This document shows, piece by piece, positions 1 to 12,372 of a stretch of DNA of 64,000 nucleotides; the first letter of the stretch is position 1, and the number at the start of each line of letters is the position of its first letter. The notes under the pieces were generated by a model that was given only the letters and a program-made list of their open reading frames with translations, searched no databases and was not told where the DNA came from. The position numbers and the translations under genes were made by a program. Source of the DNA: Camelus dromedarius (Eukaryota); contig NC_087436.1 in the NCBI RefSeq assembly GCF_036321535.1, positions 43,340,001 to 43,404,000 of the forward strand. The letters run 5' to 3'.

Positions 1-1326
1 TATCAGGAAGAAAATCGTCCGTCATTATGGGCACAGCAAGCTCATCAAATCCCTTGACACCAGGGCATTAGGCTGTTCCACACAGGACACTGTTCTCACC
101 ATGCATTAAAACTCTGAAGCCCATAGGCTTAGAGAAAGAACCTAAACTCCTCCTAGGTAAACACATGTAGTTATCACTATATCATACAGTTATTTACATA
201 GAGAAAATGCATGTAATGTTAACAGAAGTACCTGTATGGTCTCTGATCAGTGGTCGAGTGCTCTGCAGGAGGTGGTTTAAAACACATGCTCAACTTACAA
301 TATCATTATACATTTGACTATAACTAAGAATTTAGTGTTGTGAGTGAACCAACATTACATACCTAAATATTTTACCAAGCTAGATTGAGGTGGACAAGTG
401 AATTCCTACGGGTAAAGAAAACAGAAGGAAAATTTTTACTTAGTTCAGCTATGGGGTGACGAAGTTAATTAAAATGAGAAATGGAGTGCACTGCTGGGAG
501 GGACCAGGGGGTGAGTCATGAGCTGTGAGAGTACTACTTGTATATGGAGAGCAGAAAATTATCAGAGATTCAACTATGGTATTTCAGAGAGAAAGTTAAT
601 TCTCATGGCCTAAGAGGAAAAAGGGCAACTCGGTCATACATTATCACCACTGAAGCAGAAGCAGCGCATTATACAGGTCCTTGCAGATTCATGGTGTTTC
701 TTAGTTACAAAAAAGAAGCAGAGAAGTAGGACAATTATCCCAGTAATCAAACTACAGAAAATTATAATTTTGCACACCAGCGGGAAGATGAAAAGTGCTC
801 AGCAAATGTCTAATTGCAATGTTATTTTATCATCAGGAAATAAATAAATACACTTCTACCCATTACCAAAACAAAGATCTTTTAAATTGACATTTTACGG
901 TCATTTTACAAACTTTAAAAAGGATTCAGGGATAAAATGAGAAAAATAAGAAAAGCATTGCAGCAATGTCAAGGTCATCTATGTCAAGAGAGTGATGCTT
1001 AGTATAAGACAGACACGTGATTCATTAAGACCAACTTCAGATATTTGAAAAATCACATGATCATGGATAAAATACAATTCTAGTAATTTGAGTTATATTA
1101 TTGATATACTATACATAAGTTCTTTGCATGTGCCATTTTTTAAAATATTAATTTAGGTAAAAATATGCAGAACTATATGTAAAACAAAAAACCCCAAACA
1201 ATTCTGTTTTGCATTTATAATTCCATTATAGCTTTAAAGTAAATTAAAAAAATACAACAGTCTCTTTTTTTGAATGTGTCTGGGAGTTCAAGAGACAGCA
1301 AAAGTTATTCTAAACTGTACAAGATA

Positions 1327-1432
1327 GCAGCCGCTCACCTGAGCCTGCCCGCTCTCCCCAAGAGTGTACTATCCATCCTTTAATAAATCCTCACTTAACT
1401 TTTTAAAAAAAATAAAAAAATAAAAAAATAAA
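1327..1432 (+). mobile_element. Short retroposed insertion: LTR-R-like body plus poly(A), with a perfect 16-bp TSD
   Basis: TSD taaactgtacaagata at 1311-1326 and 1433-1448; AATAAA at 1382-1387; patterned A-tail from 1405. Confidence 0.85.
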
Positions 1433-1599
1433 TAAACTGTACAAGATAATTGTGTCTCCTAAGTTTTTCTCTCATGAAGACGTAGACACAATTAGTTAAT
1501 TAGTAATAAATTCTGTAGCTAAAAACAATTCACTGATAGAAATTTTGAGAGTTTGAACTATCAAACAGGCTAGATTGCTGTTTACCTTTGAATCTTTGT

Positions 1600-2118
1600 C
1601 TTAATTATAATTCATATGATTTCTTCCAGATTTGTTAATTGAAATTCTACTGTAAGAAAAATATTTCCCTTCTCCTTGCTTATTAATTTAATTATCCAAT
1701 TATTTATTTCTATTAGTACATTTATATATTTTAGTATATTAGACTCATGGATATTTATTTTATTCTATCAGTTATAATTCATTACTTTCATTATTTATTT
1801 TGTTGCTCAAATTTCTCTGTAGTAGGTCACTGGGAGCTCCTTCAGGTTGGCACGCCCCGTCATTTTTTAAGCACTTTCTTACTTGATTCAGCCATTTTCA
1901 CAAGGAGTTTTGGTTCCTCATATTGGAAAACTGTATTTAGAAAAGGCCTGGGCTACATATGCTCATTGCTACTGAGATGCCATTGCTGTAAGGCCCTCTC
2001 AGCAGACATAGCTAGGAGATGTATGTACATATACACACACAACACATCTGTCTATTTCTCTTTATATCTATGTGTATATGTGTGCGTATAAAACAATGAG
2101 TTTATACTGATGCCTTCA
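1600..2118 (-). mobile_element. Old L1 (L1MC/L1MD-like) 3' fragment
   Basis: gactcatggatatttattttattc...gttgctcaaatt...ctgggagctccttcaggttggc. Confidence 0.7.
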
Positions 2119-5100
2119 TGGATATTTTTAATCCTTTGAGTGATAAGTATATTTCCTTTGCTCCTTCTCTCACATTTAAAGAGGGGGGAAATCTAGTGAT
2201 ATAGTATGTAATTTTTACCAAATGCATGGTGCTTTCAAAAACATTGTTTCATTTTAGTCCTTACAACCACTCTGTATATATATAATATATATACATATAT
2301 ATTATATATATATATATTATTTAATCAGAGTTCATCATAAACCTGGATTTACAGAAAAGAAAACCAAATCTGAGCATCCGATCACCAGAACGTGGTAGAG
2401 CAAAGCAGGATTCCAACTCTAAATTTCATATTTTAATATTTCTTACACTACAGCAAAACAGAAAGATAGAAAATAGTTTTACTTTTTGGCCTTTATATGT
2501 AAAGTCTCTGTATTTAAGTAAGAGAGACATCATCTTGTTACCATTTCAAACTCACCATGTATAGAGGAGTGTATTTTTATTTTCCACCCTGAATTGTACT
2601 TGAAATTCATTTCTATCAATGATACAATCACTTTTAGTATCACTGAAATGTATAATCTTAAAGCCATGCCATTCACCTCTTTTGTTCCCTACTCCCAGTT
2701 GAGTGCTAATAACCACCCTGTCTCCCTCCCCACTGATCTCCCTGTGCAACTCTTCTAATTCAAGCCCTGTTCCCATCTCTTGGATTACTTTACAGCCTCC
2801 GGGGTGACCCCACGAGCACCACTGCCTCCCCATAAGCTTACATCATCACAGAACTTTCCACAGTTTCTTATTTTTTGCTTCACTGAGCTCAGTCACCTCT
2901 TCCTTGCTCTAAGGCTCTCCTGTGTAGCCAGCTTTATTTCCAACTATCCACCAATCCCCGTCCAGCCCTACACTCCGGTCAGGTCACGCCAGGCTGTTCA
3001 TCAACTTCTAGGCCTGTCCTCTGAGACAGTCTCTCCACCTAAGTCAAACTTACCTGTCCTCCTAAGGCCCAGCCTGAAGTGCCCAACCATCACAAAAACC
3101 AAAAGCTAGCACACTGATCTAGCACTATCCTCTAATTTTTTTCCTCATTGACATTATTAACCTTGAACACCTATCTAGCAGTTGTTTGAGAAAATGTGTT
3201 TTTTCACTCAATCAAAAATCTTTAACACTCAACATAAAACTTAGCGCAGAGTAGTTATTCACTTAATTATCTGATGCAAGGAGCTGCACTATCTGCAATT
3301 ATATCTGAGCTCACATTGGAAATAGGGAGGGTGAGCGACAAGAAATGAATCATGATAAGCTTTTTTTTTTAATCTAACACAAGAAAGGAAAGAAATAATC
3401 AAGTACAATCTCAAAGAGCTTCTGGGTGACTCTAAGTGGAAAATGTAAAACTTTTCAGCATAATTATCTGAGTTTCTTGATAAATCGAGTTTTATGGAAA
3501 TTTAAAGATCATTGGAGTGACTAAATTGTTTCATAAGCTCTTACACAATTTACTGTAGAATACATAACCCAGAAGGCTTATGTGTAAAGGCTAATAACAG
3601 CGATTAAAGAGGCATGCAACTCAGGTAGCAATCTTCCTTCAATGGCAAAAAAAATTTCTTATATTAGCTTACTACAAATTCTTCTACTGTCTTTCCATTG
3701 TTGCTTTCAAGTAGAAAAGCTGAAAGTTCTAAAATACTGCCTCTTGTGTTAAATGGCTGGGTATGGGTGTTTTATGTGACAAAGTCCTTTATATGTTTTG
3801 ATAAAGTGTTTGTAGTCATAGGGTTGGCATCTGCTACTGGGTCCTTTGCCATCTGCTATCTCCCCATTAATGACAACTTGTGCTTTCACAGATGGCTTTT
3901 TTCTCCCCTACCCACGCCCAGTCTTTGATTCCTGTCCCTCAAAGCCCACACTCCAGCCCCATATTTTGTAGGTGACTGCCCTGAACAAAAGCTCCGTTTC
4001 CTAAGTGACCTCTTCCTCAAAGGAGTTACTGTTTCCAGGTAACCTATTCTCCTTACACTCACTTCATTGGTTTCAGTCGTGCTAGGATGTGACATAGTTT
4101 AATTAAGCATCTGGCCCAGTTTGAGGCAGGAGCCATAAATAAGAAGGAAGTTTGGATTTCTTACCCTTGGAAGAACCAAGAGATGTCTTACTTTCACTGA
4201 GCTCTACAGTTGAATGGTTTGTGAATTGCTGAGGTTTCCTTATGTGTTTACTATGGGCTCTTGTTCACCGCAGCACCCTGCAGTTCAAAGGTAGCTACCA
4301 TTACTACCATTGGATCTTTGTAAAATGACTAACAACACCATGATGGTATTTGTCTGTGGGTTTGTAAGTCGTGGCATGGTCAGTATTCAGAGGCTCTAAT
4401 AGAAAATAAGGGAACCGCAATAAACTTCTTCCTGTGAAATGACTCAAATCAGTACCTGAAATACAAAACGAAAAGAACCACACAGCTTCATAGGATTACT
4501 TCATTTTCTATATCCTGCCTTAACAACTTCCAGAAAATTTCAAATACCACAACAGGAACTATTTCCTTCCATTATTTCTTCTGCCAGATAAGAGCTTACA
4601 AATACAAGACCTATTAAAGAAAACTTGCATCACATACACAAAAATAGACAATATCCATTCCAACTTAATGTCCCAAATAACATTTTATTCTTGTTATTTG
4701 TGAAAGTACCTATCACCCAAGGTGGTCTGAGAGCTTCTTGGATGAATGCAGTGTGTCTGGGACATGGTGGCATCTCAAAAAAAAATTCCTATTAAATGAA
4801 GAAAACCTTGGAAATGCCACTGAACTATCTCAATCAGTTACAAAAATAAAGAGAAGCCAAGATAATTTAAAATGGTGCAGAATCATACAACAGAAAGAAT
4901 TCTAACAGATTTTAGGTCCTTATCATTTTATAGGTGTTTACTCAAAGTCACAGTTGGTAGACAGAATTACACACAAGCCTCCTGAATTTGTTTTCATGGA
5001 GCTTTAGAAGAATCTGGTAATTTTGTGTAAATATCACTTATTAAATTAGTAAACAGCTTTCTGGTATGTTGCCTGTTCTTTATAACCTTAGATTCCACAT

Positions 5101-7683
5101 CCACCTGCAGTCATGCTGAATGTCTTAAAAGGGTGGCAGCTTAACTTAGTTTCAAATGCAACAGTAATATTTGATTTCTGTATATTTATAGCAAAACTAA
5201 AGTAGATTCTTAGAGTTGATGTTTGTGATGCTAGTATAATTTATTTTTAAAAAATTTAATCTAAGGATTAAATGGCTCCCCTGAAAAGCAGACATTTGGA
5301 AAAACCATTATTACATACACATACATAAAGAGAGGTCGATGTCAGTTTTGATTTCAACATTTTTTTGCAGAAAAACTATAAACAAGTGAGTTAAAATTGG
5401 TAATTCACAGGTCTCTATGCAAAATATAGAGAAAGCCAAGAAATATATATTAATGTGAAACTATTACTATGAAATAACACTAATAGCCCTAACCAAAGAG
5501 AGATTGATATGTTTATAGTAATTTTTTGTACTCCTGATATTTCTCCTTCTTAATACTACATAGTGTTCTACTGAGGTGTTCCTCCTGATGTGAGCAGTGG
5601 AGTAATGATATACATACAATAAAGGGGTGTCTTTAGAAAAAGGCTAAGTTGGATTACAATGAAGTTCCAATGGGAAAAATAAGGTGATTTTTTTCTGCAA
5701 GCTACTAATGAAGTGATGGAAAATAGAAGGGATAATTCCAACTATTCATGCTGAAAAGTCCATCCCAGACTTCTCTACAACCTAGAGGGGAATCCCTTTC
5801 CAGCTGCCCTGACAGCTGCAGCAAGCCAGGAAGAGAGCGAGAGAGCAGTTGGTAAAATATTCATGCAAGAAACCAAAAACATAACAAACAAGCAAGCCAA
5901 AAAATCTAGCATTATAAGAGCTTGTTGAGTAAGAAGTTTTAAAAGGAAATATCTGAAGAATTGGGAGCGATCATTGACCTATGAGTTGTTCATTCCTTCC
6001 TCCTTCCCTGCATTCGTGGATTTTCCCTAATTTTAAACACGTAGAAAATCTATTAAAATCAAGTACAAATAACAAAAAGTAGTGTTGACTTGTGTTAAGA
6101 GTTCCAGAAGTGCTGACATGTCTAAAGGTTTGTGGTCTCCATGGCTGCTAAATTACCAATTAAATCCCTAGAATATTTCCTGAATCCTTCAGCACAATCT
6201 GTTTAAGATGTAAATTTTAAATCACATCTTAGTGGTTTTCCTTCAAACATTTAGCTTATTAATATAATAATAATTCACATCACCCAAACAAAAAAGAAAT
6301 TAGCTTAGATAACACCTCGATTCTCAGGGTTTAGTTATGTTTGTATCAGAAACACAAGTTTCATTCCTAAAGATAATTCCATCAAGGCAGAGACAGTCAT
6401 ACTGCAGATCATGAAGCCTTATAAAGTACCTCTTAAACACTGTTTCCTCCTCTCCATACTCAAAATTAATTGCTTATTATACAGACCAATTAGTCTCCTT
6501 AAACAGTCAAAAGCTTGCCAGGGTGTCTCCCATCTACATATGGAAAAATTTTCTCAATGGCAATTTAGAGTCATACTGATTATTAGAACCAGAAATGTTA
6601 TTGCTCCAAATTCAAAGATGGTGCAGAGTCAGGGTTGGTGGAAGGATGAAAATATTTACTGCAGTGGTTTCCAATTCTGGTTACAATCACCAGGGGAGCT
6701 TTAAAAATATATAGATTATGGTCTTCTTTCCTTTTCAGTCTACACCAGGATCCTGATTTATCATGAAGGGAATGGAGTTAGATGACTCTGATGAGATATT
6801 CCACAATATACATTTAAAAATCACAAGTCACCTTTGGTGCAAAAAGGTTCACACTCCAATAGTTGATGATTCTACTAGGAATTTATGTAGAACTCCAAAA
6901 TTTGGGAATTGCCTTCTTTGTACTATTCTTATTTTTAATACAATGTCTCTCTCACTGAGAATAAAAGTAATTATTCTTTGTGAAGAAGAAATTATTTTGA
7001 GAAATACAAATGAAAAAGGGTAACATAATGAAAAAACATAAACACAAAAATCACTAAATATGGTGCAAGAAGAATTCTTAACTTTTTTGTATTTTTCACT
7101 GATTCCTATAATACTCTACAAAATATTTTCAGTATTCTTTATGATGTAAAAATGTGCTGGAAATACCATACTTTTACACCAGTGATGAATAAAGTAACTT
7201 AACCAAATTAAAGTTTGGTAATAAAGGTCACCAATGAATTCTGTTTTCATAACGATTAAAACATTTATATAAATTCAGATTAACACAACAAAAAGGGGAG
7301 GGGAGAATGACATTGGGTTGTGTTTAAAAAGTTCAGATTCCAAAAATAAATTAAACTCACTAATAGTAGCTTTTTTACTTTAAGATTTTGTCTTTTAACC
7401 ACCTTCTTAAAAACTTATCTCAAGCCATATACTTGGGACTATTTTTGCCCAATCCCACAAATTCGACAGCTGTAACACTGAACTAGTAGTTATTCACCCA
7501 TTCAGTGGTTGAGAGAGGTTCTTTGTAATTGAAAACTAACAAAAACTCAGACTTACAGTGCTGGCCAAGAGTGCCATTAATAGTGCAAGTTACTTAGATA
7601 ACGAGAATTATTCTAGCCAGGAATAGGTTTCTGAATTTAATTAAGAATGGGGGAGAGAAGGTGTCTAAAACGAGAAGAAAATG

Positions 7684-7779
7684 TTTTTGTTTTTGTTTTT
7701 TAATGGAGGTACTGGGGATTGAACATAGGACATTGTACATGCTAAGCATGTGTTCTACCACTGAGCTATAGCCTCCCCC
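7684..7779 (-). mobile_element. tRNA-derived SINE (camelid Vic-1 type)
   Basis: Minus strand gggggaggctatagctcagtggtagaacacatgcttagcatg...gttcaatccccagtacctcc plus A-rich tail; pol III A and B boxes. Confidence 0.9.
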
Positions 7780-8021
7780 TGAAAAATGGATTTTTAAAAA
7801 AATCATGATTCTATGGAGGCTTCCCCATGTAAATAGATATGCCTAAACAGATTTATTTAGTCTCAAGTGAACATTAGAACATAAGAAGAGCACGTGTCTG
7901 AACAAAACTCAAGATATCACCAATCCACTTTATGTTAGAGTAGTTTCTAGAAGTACTGACATATTGATGAAGGAGTTATAGGAAGCTGTATAAACACAAT
8001 CTGATGTAAGTGTGAAAAAAT

Positions 8022-8113
8022 GGGGGCTATAACTCAGTGGTAGAGTGCGTGTGTGTTTTAGCACCACAAGGTCCTGGGTTCGATCCCTAGTACCGCCATT
8101 AAAAGAATAATAA
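8022..8113 (+). mobile_element. tRNA-derived SINE (camelid Vic-1 type)
   Basis: gggggctataactcagtggtagag...gtcctgggttcgatccctagtaccgcc plus A-rich tail. Confidence 0.85.
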
Positions 8114-11100
8114 TTTTTAAAATGTCATTGGAATTTTCCATGTTTAGAGAGTTCTAGAGTATAATCAATTATACAGGATCACATTATTCTGTTGTGATTT
8201 GTACTTGTAATCACATTGTATTTAGTTTGTTATCCAGAAATCTTTGCATACACGGATTACATATGCAATTATAATGGGTCAGAGAATGGTTTGTCCATGC
8301 TGAGAAATTGAAAACATATCCATTTATTTGAAAATAATTGGTAAACATAAGTTTAAATGAGGAAGATCATTTAAACACATGCCTTACTTTCAAGAATGAA
8401 TTTTTTAACTGATTTTCTGAAAATTATTTAATTTTTTCAAATAAAAAAAAGTACAGTTAGGCAATAATATATGGTTGTGTAAAGAATATTATACTCAAGA
8501 CTGCTTTCTAGAACAAAGCCTTACAAGTTTGTGAGAAATCACTCCTTCTGGAATCCTTCTCAAGTCTAAAAATCTCAGATTTTAGCATATAAACTAGATA
8601 TCTAGACATACAAAGAAATAAGTAACATAAGCTAATAATTAGCCCCTATCCCTGTTAAAAAAAACTAGACTATCCATGTATTCTTTTGAGCAAATAAATG
8701 TTAAAGTAGTTTGTTTCAACTAATCTTAATCTTGCTCCATTTCCTTAAATTTTTTTTTTATCCTAGTCTACCATAATATGACACATATACTTTTGGCACA
8801 TACAATAATTTAAATATTAACTACCCAGGCTATAGCCCAAAGTCTGAATGTTTTATTCTAAGATAAATTCTGCTTATAATGAGGTTGAAACTAGGTCCCC
8901 TAGTATATAAATTCAGCCATTTAAAAAACCATACCACTGACAACTTGGTAGAGGGCTAACAGTCAAGCATGCAAAATGTTTTAAATTTACAACTAATTAA
9001 AATCTATCTTAGATGTTTAATGGAGTACAAAATAATAATGCAAATATTATTTTAATTAACAGGGAGTTTATAAAATTGCATTAAAATGAAATCCAAATAT
9101 GGGGCTGCTTAATTGATTTGTCTTAATACTCAATAATTTTTACTTCAGTAAAAGTCTTTTCAGCATCAATTTATTTATTTTTTTTAAGCTCATATAGTTG
9201 GCTTTTATCTCCACTGGGGCAGGTCTCATCTGAATTTTGCAAATAAACAGATTCATTTGCAAGACACTTTACAAATGGAAGTTGTAAACAGTAAACTCAT
9301 CCGTCTAAACAACTGGTGTATTCCCTTAAAGTTATAAAATGGCATCAGCAAATAAAGTATAATGATTTTTAGATTACTCTCTGGAGATGGTGTTTCAGGG
9401 TGCCACTAACAGGCAACCATCCTTTTTTTTCATTTCTTTATGAATTACCATTACATATACCTTGAGGAATAATTATGAGGTAGAGTATTTTCTTCTTTCA
9501 AACCAAAATTTAGAACTGACTCAATTGGCTATGTGTGCATGGGGCCAGGTTGGGAAGGTGGAGGGGTGGAAATGCATCTAGAAAATAAAAAAGATACAGC
9601 TAAAAAACCCAGCCACATTTTTAGCAAGTATTTGTTCTGTGTAAATATTTATACAATGCCACAAACATCTGCAGTAGAAAAGGGAAGAGGACCAATAGCT
9701 GTGTATTAAAGAGAGAGAGAGAGAGAGACAGAAGAACAAGAATAAATATGCCATTATTCCCCCAATTTCTCTGGTTCTAGCTTAATGATATTATCTAAAT
9801 ATGAAGATCAGATGATCTCATCACATGATCATAGTATCAACCAATGATCTCGCCCGCTGTGCTGGATTCAAGCTAAAGCAATGCAGCATCCAGGTAACTG
9901 AGATTCTCAATAACTATTGGCACTTTTCCATTTTAATGATGTAGTTTTTCAATTTTAATAAAGTATAGAAAAAGAGGAAGCTCGAACTACAGAGACAGAA
10001 ACAAACCAGAGTGAGACCAAGAGATCTTCCAGGTGTATGCATGGTACTCTAGGTGAGCAAAGTTACTAGGTCACACTGGATGCTGAACAAGCACTCCTGG
10101 CCAAGAAATAACAGAGTGCAAAAAAAAAAAAAAAGACAAAAAAGATATAATCACAGGAAATTGCTTTCTGCAGTAATGTTCCATTTAGAGGATTAGAAAC
10201 AGAACTGCAGTCGCTATCAAGAAGGAAGCCAACTCCCACAAGAATGGCCAATGATACTTTAGATATTATAAAAAAAGAACTAATCCATCCTTTAAACAAG
10301 GCCTTTTAAAGGTCAGACAGGCAGTATTAAAGTTTTCCCCCAGAAGGGAAATCATAATATACTGCAAATTTCATTTATTTGTGTTGCCTAATGACTGTCA
10401 TTTGATCTAACTACTGATGAAATAAGTAGTAAAACTGAAATGTAATGAATCCCTATGCAGTAAGATCTCAACTTAATGTGGGTCCTCCAGTATCCTTCTA
10501 AAAGTGAGGCAAAGATAACATCCCCCAAATGGAAAGGTAAACATATCTATTACTGAGAGAAAAAAAAAAAAGAGAGAGAGACATTGAGCACATGGATTAT
10601 TGAGCCTGTGGATCCCCAGCGCATCCCTAATCCCAGAGCTATGCTTAACAGCTTGTATACAAACCACTATTTTTATGCACTGCTAATGCAATATGCCATT
10701 TATCATCATCTGAAATTATTTGGTGACCTACTTTGTTAATTAAAGCATTTACAGAGATTGTCTCCCCTTATTGAAACAGACCACCAGCTAAATGAATATT
10801 TCAGTTCCATCAAGTTGTAAGATGATCTCTATTTTAAAAAGTATTTTAAAAGACAGAGAGGCAAGGATTCTATAGTTTCATGTCAAAGGAATCAACATTT
10901 CACCCTGTTATTTAACCGTAGTCTTTTCATTTAATTGCTATAGTCAGAAAAGAAAATCCTAAGGTTAATGAGGAAAACCAAAAGGTAGACTAATGAAAAT
11001 TAAAATTTAAAAAATTCTGAGACACAGCTCACTGCACCAATATTCTTAGTGCAGTTTCACACAGAAAAGTGTCAACCTTCTGAAGGAGAAAAGAGAGAGT

Positions 11101-11345
11101 AAATAAAACCTGTGGTTTATTCTTAACCAGAAATCAACATCAAATATACAGAGTCAGTGAGAAGGAGCAGGCTAAAGATCTAGTAGTAGAGATGAGGAAC
11201 AAGAAGAAAATACTTTAGCCCTCCAACCAAAAATCAGCCCCTTCCTTCTTCTATGACAAGTGTTCAGACTCACTTTAAGGAATAAAACACCTGGCTTTGA
11301 GACTAAATAAAGATATGGAGAAAAGCAGAAAAATGAAATAGAGGC

Positions 11346-11371
11346 TTTTTTTTTTTTTTTTTTTTTTTTTT
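11346..11371. repeat. T26 homopolymer (A26 on the ANK2 sense strand), ~210 nt into the intron
   Basis: Read directly. Confidence 0.95.
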
Positions 11372-11580
11372 GCTTTACTTAGTTAAAGCCAAGGAGATTT
11401 GCCCTGCTCAGGCATCTCCTCCCAATGCAGCAAATCTAGGCATGAGCTATAGGCTGCAAACTGAGCTTGGAAATGGTGCAGGGGAATGATGGAGGGAAGG
11501 GAGGATGAAATTGCCAGTTCTGAGGCTGACGGTTCTACACAGAATCACAGAGGGAGAGGGTTAAGGGATGCTCCTCATAC

Positions 11581-11709
11581 CTTTCTTTTCCGTTCCATAC
11601 GTTCCCTGGGGATTTTCCGTTGTTTTTTTCTTTCTCTCTCAAGGATTTTTTCCTTTTCATCCAGTTCAGCCTCTCGAACTTTTTTAATAGAAGCAGCAGC
11701 GTGAGCCAT
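11581..11709 (-). CDS. ANK2: ANK2 alternative first coding exon, 43 aa: MAHAAASIKKVREAELDEKEKILERERKKQRKIPRERMERKRK
   Basis: Strong Kozak context (gcaaaATGG); 129 nt ending at a phase-0 donor AAG|gtatga. Peptide matches the recalled N-terminus of an ANK2 isoform and resembles the MAHAASQLKK... (ANK3) and MAQAAKQLKK... (ANK1) first exons. Confidence 0.9.
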
Positions 11710-12372
11710 TTTGCAGAGGAAAGCAGCAGAAGCTGTCGCCAAAGCTGAATCTCCACTGCTCAGCAACCCAAGTGATTTCAGGGGTAGATGGGGATATGTG
11801 ATTTTCCCCACTAGGGCAATGGCTGGCAGCCAGAAGGCTCACAAAATAATCCACTCCGCCCCGGAGCTAGGTCGTAATCTTGCTCCAGCCTCTGCAGCAC
11901 CCATAACTCACTACAGCGTACCAAGGTCCCAGGCCAGGCCCCCCAGGAACACACACCTGCACAAGCGCAGGCATAGGTGTGCGCCCACACTCGGAAATGG
12001 TCCCATGGGAAGGCGGAGCACTAGACTTCGAGCTCTTCAGCAGTTGGGTGGCCGCAAGTGCAGGCAAGCATCCTACTAGTTGAAAAAGCCTTCCTTAGAC
12101 ACACATCACCAGTTGGAACGGTCTCTGGGGACTCCTCCAGACAGTCTGTGTCTTCTGACTGGAGCCAGGAAGAGGCCACCTCTGTGGAACTGCTAGGGGG
12201 TGGGTAGTTTATTGCCTCTTCCAACCACACCTCTATGCAGGGTGAGAAGAAAATGGTGCAGTCCCGCTAAATGACTCGCTGCTGCTGCTGCTGCTGCTGC
12301 TGCCGCCGCTGCTGCTGCCGTGGCTACGGCTGCTCTGCTACAGCACATGACATGAATTCCTGCCTTTTAAAT
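11710..12372 (-). promoter_or_regulatory. ANK2: 5' UTR and core promoter of the alternative first exon (TATA-like TTTAAAAG ~12364-12371; predicted TSS ~12339)
   Basis: GC- and CpG-enriched relative to the window. TATA variant lies ~32 nt upstream of a pyrimidine-A start (tgt|AGCAGAGCAG). The TSS is inferred, not observed. Confidence 0.5.
12277..12320 (-). repeat. Interrupted trinucleotide repeat CGG(CAG)3(CGG)2(CAG)8
   Basis: Read directly; plus strand is cgc(tgc)8(cgc)2(tgc)3cg. Confidence 0.95.

Noticed and set aside
7684..8113. tRNA genes
   Set aside because: A/B boxes are present but the cloverleaf is degenerate and both have A-rich tails; these are SINEs.
11346..11371. T26 as a retroposed poly(A) or a transcript end
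   Set aside because: No TSD or element body. Treated as a simple homopolymer that could cause oligo-dT internal-priming artefacts.
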